Shown in pieces: positions 9,294-18,737 of a DNA stretch of 45,090 nt. The stretch's first letter is position 1. Every line of letters starts with the position of its first letter. The notes under the pieces were generated by a model that worked only from the letters and a program-made list of their open reading frames with translations, was not told where the DNA came from and made no database searches. The DNA lies in sequence record SRR20825006_1275; one strand, written 5' to 3'. Made by a program: the position numbers and the translations under genes.

Positions 9294-9965
9294 TCAGTCA
9301 GCGGACTCGTCGCCGTTTTTCTTGCGTCGGCGACCCCAACGCAACTTGCGAGGACCGCCATTGACATCAGAGTCCTCGTCGCCATCGGCTGCGTCATCGC
9401 GCGATGACGCAGGAGCGCTCTGGCGCTCCTCGTCATCATCGCCATCAGCCGACTCGGAGAGTTCGTCATCGAGGTTGATCTTCGAGCCGTCCTTGACCCG
9501 CTTGGCATCCACCTTGTTCTTGATCTGTGGCTTGACGGCCTGATCGTTGGGGATGAACCGGATCTCGGTCTTGATCTCGAACGAGACCGAGGTCAGGATC
9601 TTGGCGATCTCGCCGCCAAAGTCGACGTTCTCCAGGAAAATACGGATCTCGCGCGACACGATGCGCAGGATCTCGCGGCGCATCGTGTCGGCTTGTGAGA
9701 AGAGCAGGCCCGCGGCCTCCTTGGGGAGCTTCTTTTGCTCGGCGAGTACGCTGCGCAAGCCATCTTCACTGAGTAAAGCGTCGCCCACGCCCTTGATCGA
9801 GGCGCGCTTGAGAATACCAGGGACGATCCCCTCGACCGCCTTGAGCACACGGCGCATCATCTCGGGGTCGGTCGCGATATCCTCCCACTCTTCATCGACA
9901 TCATCGAGGTCATCGTAGAGCGGATCTTCGCGCTCCTCGCGATCCTGGTTCTTCTTCTCGCTCAC
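9294..9965 (-). CDS. Hypothetical protein downstream of purA
   Basis: 223-aa ORF with host-like codon usage, starting 34 bp after purA on the same strand; function not recognised. Confidence 0.7.
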   Translation of the reverse strand: MSEKKNQDREEREDPLYDDLDDVDEEWEDIATDPEMMRRVLKAVEGIVPGILKRASIKGVGDALLSEDGLRSVLAEQKKLPKEAAGLLFSQADTMRREILRIVSREIRIFLENVDFGGEIAKILTSVSFEIKTEIRFIPNDQAVKPQIKNKVDAKRVKDGSKINLDDELSESADGDDDEERQSAPASSRDDAADGDEDSDVNGGPRKLRWGRRRKKNGDESAD

Positions 9966-9999
9966 TTCGCTCTTCTCTCTTCTGGTCCAGTTTACAAAA

Positions 10000-11304
10000 T
10001 CAGCGATGCAGCTGACGCATCACGATCGTCTCGGCGCGCGCTGGCCCGACGGAAACGAGCACGACGGGCACCTCGAGGATCGTGGCCAACCTCTCGAGGA
10101 AACGCTTGGCTGCCGTGGGCAAGTCCTCCCACTGGCGCACATCCGTGATGTCCTGGCTCCAGCCCGGCATCTCCTCGTAGACAGGCTCGACGCCTGCGAG
10201 CACGTCGACGTTCATCGGCGGCTCATCCCACTCGTTGCCCTGCCCGTCAGTGTAGCCGACCGCGATCTTGACCGTCTCGAGGCCGCTGAGCACATCGAGC
10301 TTGGTCACCGCCAACCCGGTCATCCCATTGATACGCACGGCGTAACGCAAGGCCGCCGCGTCGATCCAGCCGCAACGGCGCGGGCGCCCCGTCGTCGAGC
10401 CGAACTCGTTGCCAACTTGGCGCAGTCGCTCCCCGACCTCATCGTCGAGCTCGGTCGGGAAAGGCCCGCCACCGACGCGCGTGCAATACGCCTTGGAGAT
10501 CCCGACGATCTGATCGAGACCATTCGGCGCGACCCCCGTGTTCACACAAACGCCCGCGGCGGTCGTGTGACTCGAGGTCACGAAGGGATAGGTCCCCAGG
10601 CCAACATCGAGCAGCGTGCCTTGCGCGCCCTCGAAGAGGAGCTGGCGATCACGTTGGAGCTCTTCACGGATAAAGGCTCGCGCGTCCTTGACGAAGGGGC
10701 GCAAGCGCTCCCCATAACCGCACATTTGCTCGGTCAACTCGTCGAGGTCATAGGTCTCCTCGCCGTAGTGCGCGAGCAACATGTTCTTCTCGGCGAGGAT
10801 CGGCGCGACCTTCGCGCGAAGCACATCGCGATCAAAGAGGTCGCGGACAAAGATCGCGCGGCGCGCCACACGATCCTCGTAACAGGGGCCGATGCCGCGA
10901 CCCGTGGTGCCGATTTTTTGGTCGCCGCGAGCTGCCTCGCGCGCCAGATCGAGCGCGCAGTGATACGGCATGATCACGCTGGCGTCCTCGGCGATGATGA
11001 GTTGCTCGGGATCCTGGAGGTAGCCGCGCTCCTGGAGCGCGTCGATCTCTCCAAGGCAGATGGCCGGATCGACGACCACGCCGCTGGCGATCACGCAACG
11101 CTTGCCATCGTGCAAGATCCCGCTGGGGATCAGGTGCAAGACGGTCTTGTCGGGCTTTCCATCACGCTCCACCACGAGCGTATGCCCGGCGTTGTTCCCA
11201 CCCTGGTAACGTACGACGACATCGGCGAACTCCGTGTAGAGATCGACGACCTTACCTTTGCCTTCATCGCCCCACTGGGCGCCTACGACAACATGCGCTG
11301 GCAT
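10000..11304 (-). CDS. purA: Adenylosuccinate synthetase
   Basis: QWGDEGKGK, GGNNAGHT, IGTTGRGIGPCY, FEGAQG, TYPFVTSS and TTGRPRRCGW; AGGAGG RBS before ATG 11304. Confidence 0.97.
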   Translation of the reverse strand: MPAHVVVGAQWGDEGKGKVVDLYTEFADVVVRYQGGNNAGHTLVVERDGKPDKTVLHLIPSGILHDGKRCVIASGVVVDPAICLGEIDALQERGYLQDPEQLIIAEDASVIMPYHCALDLAREAARGDQKIGTTGRGIGPCYEDRVARRAIFVRDLFDRDVLRAKVAPILAEKNMLLAHYGEETYDLDELTEQMCGYGERLRPFVKDARAFIREELQRDRQLLFEGAQGTLLDVGLGTYPFVTSSHTTAAGVCVNTGVAPNGLDQIVGISKAYCTRVGGGPFPTELDDEVGERLRQVGNEFGSTTGRPRRCGWIDAAALRYAVRINGMTGLAVTKLDVLSGLETVKIAVGYTDGQGNEWDEPPMNVDVLAGVEPVYEEMPGWSQDITDVRQWEDLPTAAKRFLERLATILEVPVVLVSVGPARAETIVMRQLHR

Positions 11305-11468
11305 GACAATGCCTCCTGTCAGACGGACACGAGCGCCCAACCGATCTTCCCATCAGATCGGGGCGCTTCACACCCTTGCTCTTGTCCATGCGGCAACTTA
11401 GAGCACTGTGCCCAATAAATCGAGCCATGTTCTGGCTATTTTCTGCCAGTTTGCGAAGAAGTCGCACA

Positions 11469-12614
11469 TCAGGACTGACGCGCGAAGCTCTCCTGCGCCG
11501 CCGCGAGGGCGGTGCCCGGCTCGAACTCGTGGCCACAATCTGCGAGCGCGAGCTCGAGCGCGCTCAACCCCATCATCACATCGTGCCTGGTGACAAACCC
11601 CATATGCCCGATGCGAATCAACCTCGGCTTGAGCTTCTCCTGTCCTCCAGCGATCGTCACGCCGTAGACATCGCGGATCTTCTTGCAGACATCTGGCGCG
11701 CTGATCCCATCGGGAACGAGCGCGGCGGTCAAGCCATTCGAGGGGCGATCGGGCAACAGCGTCATCCCCAACGCGATCACCGCAGAGCGCGTCGCGCGGG
11801 CGAGCGAGGCGTGGCGCGCGAAGATGTTCTCGAGCCCCTCCTCTTGCATCATCAGCAAGACCTCGCGCAGCGCGACAAACAGCGAAATGGCGGGGGTGAA
11901 GGCGGTCTGCCCTTCCTGCATCTGCTTCTTGCGCTCGCGCTGGAGGTCAAAATAGTAACGCGGATGGTCGCTCTCGGCGGCGCGCTCCCAGGCTCTGTCA
12001 CCGGCGGCGATAAACGCCAACCCTGGAGGAATCCCGAACGCCTTCTGGGAGCCCGAAACCATGACATCGATATCGAACTCGTCCATGGGCACGTCGTGCA
12101 CGCCGACGGCGGTGATTCCATCCACCATCACGAGCGCCTCGCTGTTAGCGCGGACGACTTCGACGATCTGCTCGATCGGATGCAACACCCCTGTGGAGGT
12201 CTCGCTCAGAGACACCGTCACGAGGCGCGCGTCCGGGTTGGCGACAAGCAAATCTCTGAGGTGGTCCAGATCTACCGGGTTGCCCCAGAGCACGGGAACA
12301 TCGACCACGTTCATTCCATAAGCGCGACCGACCGCGCCCCAACGCTCACCGAACTTCCCTCCGCCGATGGCGAGCATCGTGTCGCCACGCTTCGAGAAGT
12401 TGATCATGGCAGCCTCGAAGGCCCCCGTGCCGCTGCATGTCAGGGTCAACAGCGGGCTCTCGGTCTGAAAAACCCACTGCAAGCCCTGCTGCACCTCGAG
12501 GAAGAGCTCCTTGAAGGCTGGCGTGCGGTGGTGAATCAATGCGCGCGCCATCGCCTGGCGCGCACGCTCGGGAACCTGAACCGGACCTGGGGAGAGCAGT
12601 AAACTGTCGGTCAT
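11469..12614 (-). CDS. Class V PLP-dependent aminotransferase (alanine-glyoxylate/serine-pyruvate type)
   Basis: LLSPGP, HHRT, SGTGAFEA, ETSTGV, PLP-lysine motif SGSQKAFGIPPGL and RIGHMG. Confidence 0.9.
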   Translation of the reverse strand: MTDSLLLSPGPVQVPERARQAMARALIHHRTPAFKELFLEVQQGLQWVFQTESPLLTLTCSGTGAFEAAMINFSKRGDTMLAIGGGKFGERWGAVGRAYGMNVVDVPVLWGNPVDLDHLRDLLVANPDARLVTVSLSETSTGVLHPIEQIVEVVRANSEALVMVDGITAVGVHDVPMDEFDIDVMVSGSQKAFGIPPGLAFIAAGDRAWERAAESDHPRYYFDLQRERKKQMQEGQTAFTPAISLFVALREVLLMMQEEGLENIFARHASLARATRSAVIALGMTLLPDRPSNGLTAALVPDGISAPDVCKKIRDVYGVTIAGGQEKLKPRLIRIGHMGFVTRHDVMMGLSALELALADCGHEFEPGTALAAAQESFARQS

Positions 12615-12715
12615 GAGCGGCCTCTTCTTGCTCGCAAGTCGTGATGTGCGGACATTGTCTCCTGTTAACCCTCATGACGCACCGTGTCAAACGCACTCGT
12701 GATCACGGCCTCGCA

Positions 12716-13909
12716 TCACCGCGCCAGCCTGTAGGCTGGCGCACCAGGAACGCGCCAGATCTTGCCCTCGAGCTCGAGATCCATCAGGTGCTCGAGCACC
12801 TCGCTGGCGCGCACGCCGAGCTTGCTGCAAAGCTCGTCGACCTCGAGGACGCCGCGCGGCGCCTCGGAGAGCAACGTGATGATCGGCTGTTCACCACTCT
12901 CGGTCGCTTCGAGCGGTGATGGCGCAAGCGTCGGAGTGACCTCACCGAAGGCGCCCTCGAGGACATCGGCGGCATCGACAACCAACCTCGCTCGCCCGCT
13001 TCGGATCAACTCGAGCGTTCCTCGCGCGCCGCTGTCCGAGGCTTCGTAGGGGAGCGCGCAAATGGGCCGCGAGAGCGCTCGACACGCATCGACGGTTAAC
13101 ATGGTCCCGCCGCCGTTCTGCGCCCTGAGCACCACGCAAGCCTGGCACAACGCGGCGATAAGGCGATTGCGCCTCGGGAAGTGATAGCGCTTCGGGGCAA
13201 CCTGGTAGGGATACTCGGTGACCAGGACACCGCCCCGCTCGACGACCTGCTCGAACAGGCGTCGATGACGACCAGGGCTCGGGTGCCCGAATCCACCAGG
13301 GAGAACCACCGCAGTGATTCCACCAGCCGACAACGAACCGCGGTGCGCTGCCGCGTCCATCCCCAACGCGCCACCGCTCACGATCATACAACCGGCCGAG
13401 GCGAGGTCGCTGGCGAGGCGGGTGGCAAAGAGCTCGTGTGTTGCTGGCACATCGCGGCTCCCGACCATGGCCAGGCGCCTGGGTAACCAGAGCGCGCTGC
13501 TGGCTCCCCGCACCGAGATAAAATAGGGAGGGTCTTCCAGATCAAGAAAGCCAGGCGGATAACCAGAATCACCGATCATGATCAACTCACCATCCTCACC
13601 GAGCAGCTCGACCTCCTCCTCGAGGATGCACATCGGGTCCTGTTCGAGGACGCGCGCGAGCGAATCGAGGACATGTCGAGGCAGGGATGCTCGAGCAGAC
13701 ACCGTGGCGGCATAGAGAGGATCATCGAACAACCCGGCGAGCGCGCCGTCAGTGATATCGAGCAGGCTCGTGAGCCTGCGATAGCCGATCCCTTCGACCG
13801 TCCATACGGCCCAGCGCGCTGCGCGCTCGCGCTGGCTTACAGGCTCGCTGTTCTGACCGCGAGGGGCTACAAAGAGCGAAGCTTGTTCGGTGTGTTCTTG
13901 CATGGTCAT
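12716..13909 (-). CDS. dprA: DNA-processing protein DprA
   Basis: AMVGSR, IVSGGALGMDAAAHRG, FPRRNRLIAAL, GGTMLT and a C-terminal winged helix (LMDLELEG). The start is estimated at ATG 13909 after GAGG. Confidence 0.9.
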   Translation of the reverse strand: MTMQEHTEQASLFVAPRGQNSEPVSQRERAARWAVWTVEGIGYRRLTSLLDITDGALAGLFDDPLYAATVSARASLPRHVLDSLARVLEQDPMCILEEEVELLGEDGELIMIGDSGYPPGFLDLEDPPYFISVRGASSALWLPRRLAMVGSRDVPATHELFATRLASDLASAGCMIVSGGALGMDAAAHRGSLSAGGITAVVLPGGFGHPSPGRHRRLFEQVVERGGVLVTEYPYQVAPKRYHFPRRNRLIAALCQACVVLRAQNGGGTMLTVDACRALSRPICALPYEASDSGARGTLELIRSGRARLVVDAADVLEGAFGEVTPTLAPSPLEATESGEQPIITLLSEAPRGVLEVDELCSKLGVRASEVLEHLMDLELEGKIWRVPGAPAYRLAR

Positions 13910-14025
13910 CAACCTCATCAAGGCGGCAAAAGAAAAACCGGTTGTCGGGTTCTCGTATAGAAGAGGACCCTCGAACCGGTTTTCGGCCACAACACTCCAG
14001 AGGTTGCGTCGAGATGTAATTTTCC

Positions 14026-14817
14026 TCACTCGATCTTGGCGAGCACCACGGTGATGTTGTCTGCGCCACCGTTGGCGTTGGCGCGAGCCACGAGCTCGCG
14101 GCACATATCTTCGAGGTTGTCATGATCGTTCATGATCACGTTGATCTCGGCGTCCGAGACCATGTCCGAGAGGCCATCCGAGCAGAAGAGATAGACATCT
14201 CCGGCTTGCAGGTCCTCGAAGTGAACGTCGACCTCGACCTCGTCGGCAAGGCCGCAGGCGCGCGTGATGACGTTCTTGTAGGGGAAGTACTCGACATCTT
14301 CTGCCGAGAGGATCCCCATGCGCACGTACTCGTTGGCGAGCGAGTGATCCTCGGTGCGCTGCTCGAGCGAACCTTCGCGCAACCTGTAGCAACGCGAATC
14401 ACCGATGTGCGCGAGATAGACGCCCTGGTCGGTGAAGAATCCTCCGACGATGGTGGTGCCCATGTTGCGGTAGGCCTCGTTGGAAGAGGCCGCCGCGAAG
14501 ACCGCGCTGTTCGCGGTCTTGATCGCCTGGGTGAGTCGGTGCTGCTCGGGCGAGACGCTGCTGTCGTGGTGAAGCTCGGCGTAGGGCGCGAGCGTCTCGC
14601 GGTAGAACTCCACGATCGCCTTGATCGCCAACGCGCTCGCGACCTCGCCGGAGCGGTGACCGCCCATCCCATCGGCGACGATGCAAAGCGCCTCTTCTCC
14701 CTCCGAGAGGTAGAAGTCATCCTCGTTATGCTCGCGGACCTGGCCTACGTCGGTCATACCCGCACACACCAGCTTCATCTGGGTGTCACTGCTGCTGCTC
14801 ACTACCTGCTGTTCCAT
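14026..14817 (-). CDS. PP2C-type Ser/Thr protein phosphatase (Stp1 family)
   Basis: TDVGQVREHNED, VADGMGGH, MGTT, HIGDSRCY, CSDGL and GGADNITV. Confidence 0.93.
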   Translation of the reverse strand: MEQQVVSSSSDTQMKLVCAGMTDVGQVREHNEDDFYLSEGEEALCIVADGMGGHRSGEVASALAIKAIVEFYRETLAPYAELHHDSSVSPEQHRLTQAIKTANSAVFAAASSNEAYRNMGTTIVGGFFTDQGVYLAHIGDSRCYRLREGSLEQRTEDHSLANEYVRMGILSAEDVEYFPYKNVITRACGLADEVEVDVHFEDLQAGDVYLFCSDGLSDMVSDAEINVIMNDHDNLEDMCRELVARANANGGADNITVVLAKIE

Positions 14818-15055
14818 TTTTCCTTCTGGTGGCGCTCACAATGGCCACTTCCATCAATTTTGGTGTTGAGCAGGCCTTTGGAAAGTCACAAGCTCCTGGC
14901 CCTTTCTCTTGATTAAAGCAAAGTAACACGATTGACACACTTTGTGAATCTCGGTTCTGCTGCTTCCTTCAAGGTCAACGCCTTGCTTTGCTTTCGAGCG
15001 CATCGAGACAAGGTTGGCGTTTTCGAGCGGCGAAGTCGACGCCTGCAAAAGTGCA

Positions 15056-15093
15056 AGAAACGAGAAAGCCCTGGCGATTTGCCAGGGCTTTCT
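15056..15093 (-). terminator. Rho-independent terminator
   Basis: 13-bp stem AGAAAGCCCTGGC/GCCAGGGCTTTCT with a T-rich tail on the minus strand, just after the 15114 stop. Confidence 0.7.
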
Positions 15094-15113
15094 TCAACCG
15101 AGCGGTGTGAATA

Positions 15114-16928
15114 TCACTGGTTGTTGGTCTGGTAGTCGATCTTGGTGGCGCTCCAGGTCGCTGTGATCGGAGCAGCGGTGGTTCCGCCGGTGCCGTTGGA
15201 ATCAGACGAGGTCATGAATCCTTCGAAGGTGCCATCGACCATCTCGTCGACAAAACCATCGGAGGTGTTCTCGAGGAGCGTCGCGCCGCCACCGACGCGG
15301 AGGCCGATGTCGAACTCGAGCGCGCCGACGAGCGAGTCTGCGAAGCCAAAGACGGTTCCCACAGCGGAGCTACAGAAGCCCTCGATCTCATCGTCGTAGA
15401 TGCACGCGCCGAGGGCGCAAATCTCACCATCGCTTCCGGTGATGCTCGAAGCCAGGTTGCCACAACCGATCCAGTAGGCGAACGCCTCGGAGAGCGAGTT
15501 CGCGTTCCCATCGGTGAGCTCGGGGAGGATGACCTCGTTGAGCACGTAGATAATGAGGCGACCGTAGCGAAGCGTGAGCGGGTGCTGGTCGATCTGGAGC
15601 TCGTCGTAGGCAGCCACGCGGCCATTCCAGGTCGAGCTCAGGATGCCGAGCTCTGCGACATCCGAGGTCCCTTCGAGCAGAAGCGGGATAGCGCCACACT
15701 CGGGTGGTGCGTTCTCCGGGCAGTTCCAGCGCCAGTAGACCGTCACCCCGAGCCAGTTGTCCACGCCGGTGAACTCGTAGGACGAGGAGAGCTTGCCGAT
15801 GATCAGCTCGCTGGTCACGTGGAGGTTGGCGATCACATCGCGAATGTCGCGACCCGCGTCGCGCACCCTGCGCAAGACCTCGTTGTTCTCGATGAACTCA
15901 TTGATCATGTTCTTGAAGTCGTCATCCAACCCGGTCAAATCGAGGAAGAGGTCGATACCTCCCGAGATGACACCGCCCACGGCGTAGTTGACGAGGTTGA
16001 GCACCTCGTCATAGATGGCCTGGCCTGGGTTCTGGAAGACGTTCAGGATACGCGTGATGATGGAGCCGACCGGGCCAGACTCTTCGACCGCCTTCGTGAA
16101 GTCCCAGTAGGCTTGCACCTCGTAGCGACCGACGGGGTTGATCGGGATGAGTTGGAGCGGCAACTCGACGCGCGTGGTCTCGTTGGCGGCGATGCGAATG
16201 TCCTCGACGCAACCGCCCGCGGCGATCTGGCCGCGATCTCCGCGTCCGACGCCAGTGACGAGGTAGGTCTTCTCGACATCGAGCTCGGCGAAGTTCACCG
16301 GCGAGCCGATCGCTGGCGCGTTGGTGAGCGCGAGACCATCAGGCTGTTGGCGCAGCGGTAGGAACTCGTTGCAGCTGTAGCCGCGCGACTCGTAGAGGCG
16401 CACGTCGATGTTCTGCAAGCCCATGATCGTTGGCGCGGTGTTCGTCAGGCGAACATCGAGACTGCCTGCGGGCGCGGGCATGATGTTGACCGTGAACTCG
16501 AGCGCGTTCGCCGAGGGGTGCGACACCTTGATCTTGACCGCGCCGGCCACCTCGCCAGTCTGCAAGTTGACGGAGGCCATGCCGTCGCCGTCAGTGTACC
16601 CGTTGAGGGCACTGAGCGCGCCAAACTCGGCGCCCTCGAGCACCTCGTATTGCACGGTCTCTTCGGCGACGGGGTTGCCCGTCTGCTTGTTGTAGAGGAA
16701 GACGCTGATCGGAGCGGTGTTACCAGCGGAGACCTCGAGAGAGGCCGACCCATTGGCCACCATGAAGTACTGGTTCGTGACACCAGGCGTCCCCACGGGG
16801 CCTTCCGGGCGCTCCTCGGTCAGTTGTGTATTGGAGCTGACGGAGGTATCCCCGCACGCCATCATGCTCGCTGTCGCGACCAGTGTCGTGTAGAGAAGTA
16901 CGTCCCTTAGCTTAAATCTCAGACCCAT
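15114..16928 (-). CDS. Lipoprotein with an N-terminal Ig-like (Big-1-like) region and a Cys-containing C-terminal domain
   Basis: Lipobox MMAC; an Ig-like pattern (TDGDGMASVNLQTG...VKIKVS); several paired Cys residues. The family call is tentative. Confidence 0.75.
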   Translation of the reverse strand: MGLRFKLRDVLLYTTLVATASMMACGDTSVSSNTQLTEERPEGPVGTPGVTNQYFMVANGSASLEVSAGNTAPISVFLYNKQTGNPVAEETVQYEVLEGAEFGALSALNGYTDGDGMASVNLQTGEVAGAVKIKVSHPSANALEFTVNIMPAPAGSLDVRLTNTAPTIMGLQNIDVRLYESRGYSCNEFLPLRQQPDGLALTNAPAIGSPVNFAELDVEKTYLVTGVGRGDRGQIAAGGCVEDIRIAANETTRVELPLQLIPINPVGRYEVQAYWDFTKAVEESGPVGSIITRILNVFQNPGQAIYDEVLNLVNYAVGGVISGGIDLFLDLTGLDDDFKNMINEFIENNEVLRRVRDAGRDIRDVIANLHVTSELIIGKLSSSYEFTGVDNWLGVTVYWRWNCPENAPPECGAIPLLLEGTSDVAELGILSSTWNGRVAAYDELQIDQHPLTLRYGRLIIYVLNEVILPELTDGNANSLSEAFAYWIGCGNLASSITGSDGEICALGACIYDDEIEGFCSSAVGTVFGFADSLVGALEFDIGLRVGGGATLLENTSDGFVDEMVDGTFEGFMTSSDSNGTGGTTAAPITATWSATKIDYQTNNQ

Positions 16929-17146
16929 CGCAGCCTCGGTGTGTGGTCATCGCGCACGTCTATCATCGTAGGTCGCGCGATTTCGCGTCTGGTTCCCCTG
17001 TATAATTCAATCTCGCCGACGGCCAATGTAGCAAGCGCGCGCCTGAAGATCAACAAGGGCGCGCTGGTCCTGCCAGCGCGCCCTCATCGCCAAACCTTGC
17101 TTGTCGTGCCGTCGAGCTTCTGATGCCCGCGGTGACAGAAACGACC

Positions 17147-17758
17147 TCAGTTGGTGAAGCCGCCGCCGTCCTCTGCGAGCAATCCGATCGCGACGAAGGT
17201 CCCGACCGATGCGATCGTCACGCCAGCGATGGTCGCTACGGTCTTCCACGTCGAGAACTGCTTGACCTCGGCGCCTTCGACATCGTTGAGGTTCTCGAGC
17301 AGGTCATACTCTGGCGAGACGAGCTGCGAGTCCGACATGATGAAGTTAAAGGGCGTGACGCGATCCTTGGTGCCGTCTGTCTTGACGATCTTGAGCGAGT
17401 TGCCCGTCGACACAGGGACCTTCATGCAGCCTTCTTTACCTGGCTCGACAGCATCTTCGCCAGCAGCGCCTGCATCGGTCGCCGTCGCGCCGCCTTCGGC
17501 TGGCGCGGGGGGCGTGTCCGCCTGAGCGTAAGCGTTGCTGTCCTCGAGGATCCTGTAGCGCGCCTCGGGAGCAGGTGCAGGAGCGGCCTTGGCGGGGCAA
17601 TCCCCATAAACTTCCACGACCTCGCGCTGCTCGACCGAGCTCTCGAGCTTGGCCAGCTCGTCCTTCTCGATGAAGTACGTGTTATAGCACGCCGTCTGGG
17701 TTCCCAGCGCGGCGACGATCAAAAACAACGCGGTTCGGGTCGTGCTCTTGGCCATCAT
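17147..17758 (-). CDS. Hypothetical lipoprotein with a C-terminal hydrophobic helix
   Basis: Lipobox QTAC, P/A-rich insert and C-terminal TM-like segment; AAGGA RBS. Confidence 0.75.
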   Translation of the reverse strand: MMAKSTTRTALFLIVAALGTQTACYNTYFIEKDELAKLESSVEQREVVEVYGDCPAKAAPAPAPEARYRILEDSNAYAQADTPPAPAEGGATATDAGAAGEDAVEPGKEGCMKVPVSTGNSLKIVKTDGTKDRVTPFNFIMSDSQLVSPEYDLLENLNDVEGAEVKQFSTWKTVATIAGVTIASVGTFVAIGLLAEDGGGFTN

Positions 17759-18026
17759 TATGGTTCCTTACAAGATCGTTCATGCGGTTGATCAACATTG
17801 TCCCTTCAACCCTTCCTCGTGGATTCCCGGCACCTTTCATCAAAACCAGGCGCCGAGGCGGGCTCGGGAGCAGATGTTATACGGCAGACATTTCGACATT
17901 TCAATAAAGGATGCGAGGAGCGCCGGAGGTTGCCTGCCGGGCTCGGTCTGGGCTAGTGTAAACCGGCTCGGATATCCGCACCCAAGGGATGCTCACATCA
18001 ACCTGGCCGGGGAAACCTCACGATCC

Positions 18027-18725
18027 ATGCACTCTCGCTCGCATGCTCCATACCTGACGCTCGCTGCGCTCTGCGCCGTGATGTCGTGCGCCCTCTATAC
18101 ATCACCCGCGCACGCCAAGGGCTTCGATGATGATTGGGAACCGCCGCCAGACCACCGCGCCTACAGCAAGGAGTTCAACGGCACCTTCACCGACATCAGC
18201 GCGCGTTACGGATTCTCGCGCGCGCGTCGCGCCGAATACTCCGGCAGGAGCATCGACGCGGGCTTGCGCATCTCCTTTCCTGCCTACGTCGGGGACTTGC
18301 GCCTCTCTTACCGCAACGACCTCTTTACCCCCGACAACGTCGATCTCAATAACCCCGTGACCATGCACTCGATGGGCGTCGGGCTGGGGCTTCACCCCGC
18401 TTACCTGCTGGTGCTCGGGTCGGACTGGCTCTCCTATATCGCCTCCGGGTTCTACCTCGACCTCGGGTTTGGCGGTCAGTTTGGCTCCATCACCATCGGG
18501 GACACCCGCGATCGTGACTTTGGCATCTATGGTCACGCGGGCGCCGGGCTCGATATCCCGCTCTGGGACCCCGATGTCGGCTTCGCCCTCTGGCTCAACC
18601 TCCTCTACCGCTATCATCACGGCGACTATGACCTGAACCTCGCCGGCGAGCGATCCTCGATCGCGCTGCAAAACCATACGGGCTTTATCGGCATCAGCGC
18701 GCGCATCAACCGCCTCTTCTTCTAA
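18027..18725 (+). CDS. Putative small outer-membrane beta-barrel protein
   Basis: Signal peptide ending AHA, alternating G/aromatic strands and C-terminal Phe (RINRLFF). The start at ATG 18027 is estimated. Confidence 0.65.
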   Translation: MHSRSHAPYLTLAALCAVMSCALYTSPAHAKGFDDDWEPPPDHRAYSKEFNGTFTDISARYGFSRARRAEYSGRSIDAGLRISFPAYVGDLRLSYRNDLFTPDNVDLNNPVTMHSMGVGLGLHPAYLLVLGSDWLSYIASGFYLDLGFGGQFGSITIGDTRDRDFGIYGHAGAGLDIPLWDPDVGFALWLNLLYRYHHGDYDLNLAGERSSIALQNHTGFIGISARINRLFF

Positions 18726-18737
18726 CGCCAAGACTGC

